Origin: Paraphysomonas bandaiensis
Lineage: Eukaryota; Protista; Chrysophyceae
Reading direction: 5' to 3'
Assembly (NCBI GenBank): GCA_965644295.1
Contig: CBFFRP010000306.1
Location: 1 to 35,153 of the forward strand
DNA length: 35,153 bases
Below the pieces are notes generated by a model, which saw only the letters and a list, made by a program, of their open reading frames with translations, made no database searches and was not told the DNA's origin. Shown here piece by piece: positions 33,924 to 35,153 of the stretch (positions within the stretch are counted from its first letter, which is position 1; each line of letters begins with the position of its first letter). The translations under genes were made by a program, and so were the position numbers.

Positions 33924-34721
33924 TTATTCAGTTGTTGAATCTAAACTCCATGTATCACCTGTCAATCTAAAATTGATAGTGTTAAACATAATATAACCTG
34001 CTGAGGCAATAACAATTCTTATAATTGAATATCTTTTAGTTGTTGTGACTGCTTCAGTAAATAAAGTTGAATCTTGTGTTCCTGGAAATGCTACATCATC
34101 AATATAATTCCAAGTTGTGCCATCATCAGATCCTAATATATAGCATGCTTTCATTGTTCTCTCTTGTGATGTGCTTCTTTCTTGAGTTGATATAGATGTT
34201 AAACGAATTTTATAAGGCAATTGAACTTGAACCCATTCACCATCTATTGATTGAGATGTATCATATGTAGTTGAAAAATAATGATCTGTTCCATTACTAC
34301 CGATGTAATTACCTGTTGTGCCGTCATAAGCTTCACCAGAAGGCATGGAATAAAAAACGCCATCTCTGTAATTATCAATACCATTTGGTCCGCTGTTATA
34401 TCTGTTATTACCCCAGAATGTATCATCACTATCATCAAATAATAAGTTACATGAATTTAAAGGGTCAGCTGTTCTATATCGGCCGTATGAAGAACAAATT
34501 AAGTTATAATCTCCATTAGCGTAAGCAGTTGAACCACTTCCACCAGAATAAGACTTAGTTATATGAGTATCAAAAACATCCTGGCCATTAAATACGGATG
34601 GTAATCCTGTGAATGATGTCGGAAATGTAATATTACTTTGGTATTGTGTATTTGTATTACCTTGGACGACATTATATTTGTTAATGTGATTAGCAATATT
34701 AATAATAGAACTTAGTGACAT
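33924..34721 (-). CDS. Discoidin/F5-8 type C (galactose-binding-like) domain protein, virus-like
   Basis: Intact 265-aa intronless ORF: LFDDSDDTFW, GEWVQVQLPYKIRL, YILGSDDGTTW, YSIIRIV. Confidence 0.8.
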   Translation of the reverse strand: MSLSSIINIANHINKYNVVQGNTNTQYQSNITFPTSFTGLPSVFNGQDVFDTHITKSYSGGSGSTAYANGDYNLICSSYGRYRTADPLNSCNLLFDDSDDTFWGNNRYNSGPNGIDNYRDGVFYSMPSGEAYDGTTGNYIGSNGTDHYFSTTYDTSQSIDGEWVQVQLPYKIRLTSISTQERSTSQERTMKACYILGSDDGTTWNYIDDVAFPGTQDSTLFTEAVTTTKRYSIIRIVIASAGYIMFNTINFRLTGDTWSLDSTTE

Positions 34722-34793
34722 ATATATATTGATGTTATAAAATATTTTGTAATTTTTACATTAAATAATTATATAGTATAAATATATATAATC

Positions 34794-35153
34794 ATGAGTA
34801 TTTACCCCAAACCGAAACCATCAAATGGAGTATTTAACCCTTCAAATTACACATATATAAAAGATAGCATTGTTGACGTTGATCTTACAGGTTATATTCA
34901 AAAGAGTGGAGATGTAATGAGTGGAACTCTAGTTTTACCATCATTGAATTTATATGGAGATGGACAATTATTGTTTAATGACAATTCAATACAAACAACG
35001 GCAATGACAGACAATTTAAAAACAGACATTGAAAACACCAAAACAAAAACAACAAATATTACTTATGATGGAACAAATACAGAAATATCAGGAAGTGTTG
35101 AAGTATCAAAAATAATATTTCCAAATCTAAGTGAACAAACAGTTGTAATCTTT
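34794..35153 (+). CDS. Putative viral fibre-like protein, N-terminal part (runs off the window)
   Basis: Open for 120 codons to the window edge: MSIYPKPKPSNGVFNPSNY...YIQKSGDVMSGTL...FNDNSIQTTA. KxGDxMxG and FxDxSxQTTA are fibre-type repeats. Confidence 0.65.
   Translation, partial: MSIYPKPKPSNGVFNPSNYTYIKDSIVDVDLTGYIQKSGDVMSGTLVLPSLNLYGDGQLLFNDNSIQTTAMTDNLKTDIENTKTKTTNITYDGTNTEISGSVEVSKIIFPNLSEQTVVIF

Larger units (their letters stand above)
33127..35153. mobile_element. Probable terminal region of an endogenous Polinton-like virus or virophage (continues past the window)
   Basis: Abrupt switch to very AT-rich DNA that truncates the Copia frame and begins ACACACAGAG; ~800-bp non-coding end with tandem repeats; intronless divergent ORFs with virion fibre/lectin-like motifs. 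No capsid, ATPase or polymerase gene is visible. Confidence 0.6.

Overview
Eukaryotic, transposon-dense genomic DNA. The short 43-61 nt GT-AG introns and the element types suggest a stramenopile or similar protist (inference). There are three host genes: a 7TM receptor fused to a TKL kinase (3877-6619 +), an MFS transporter (10638-12336 -) and a VAMP7-type longin SNARE (15367-16222 +). Most of the rest is mobile DNA. (1) An IS630/Tc1 DD34E element with long TIRs and a second, convergent, spliced orphan gene (1-~3616). (2) A fold-back element (8641-10575). (3) A decayed Crypton-type tyrosine-recombinase element abutting a (TATG)n array. (4) A tRNA-Gly(CCC)-headed SINE with a 16-bp TSD inside a Copia RNase H remnant. 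(5) A young full-length Gypsy element (21007-30919, CTGA TSD) with several non-canonical features: IFDN in place of YxDD, a CCCH finger in Gag, one in-frame TGA between gag and pol, no TGG PBS, and TG..TA ends. Its 5' LTR carries a piggyBac-like insertion with a 3-bp TSD. (6) A Copia RT remnant. (7) The probable left end of an AT-rich endogenous Polinton-like virus or virophage. The most striking unexplained signal is a ~40-nt structured RNA motif (GNRA-capped stem with an AC bulge, with compensatory changes) shared by the SINE and two otherwise diverged LINE-like 3' ends. Several frameshifts are single-base homopolymer losses and may be assembly errors. All calls were made by eye; no searches were run.
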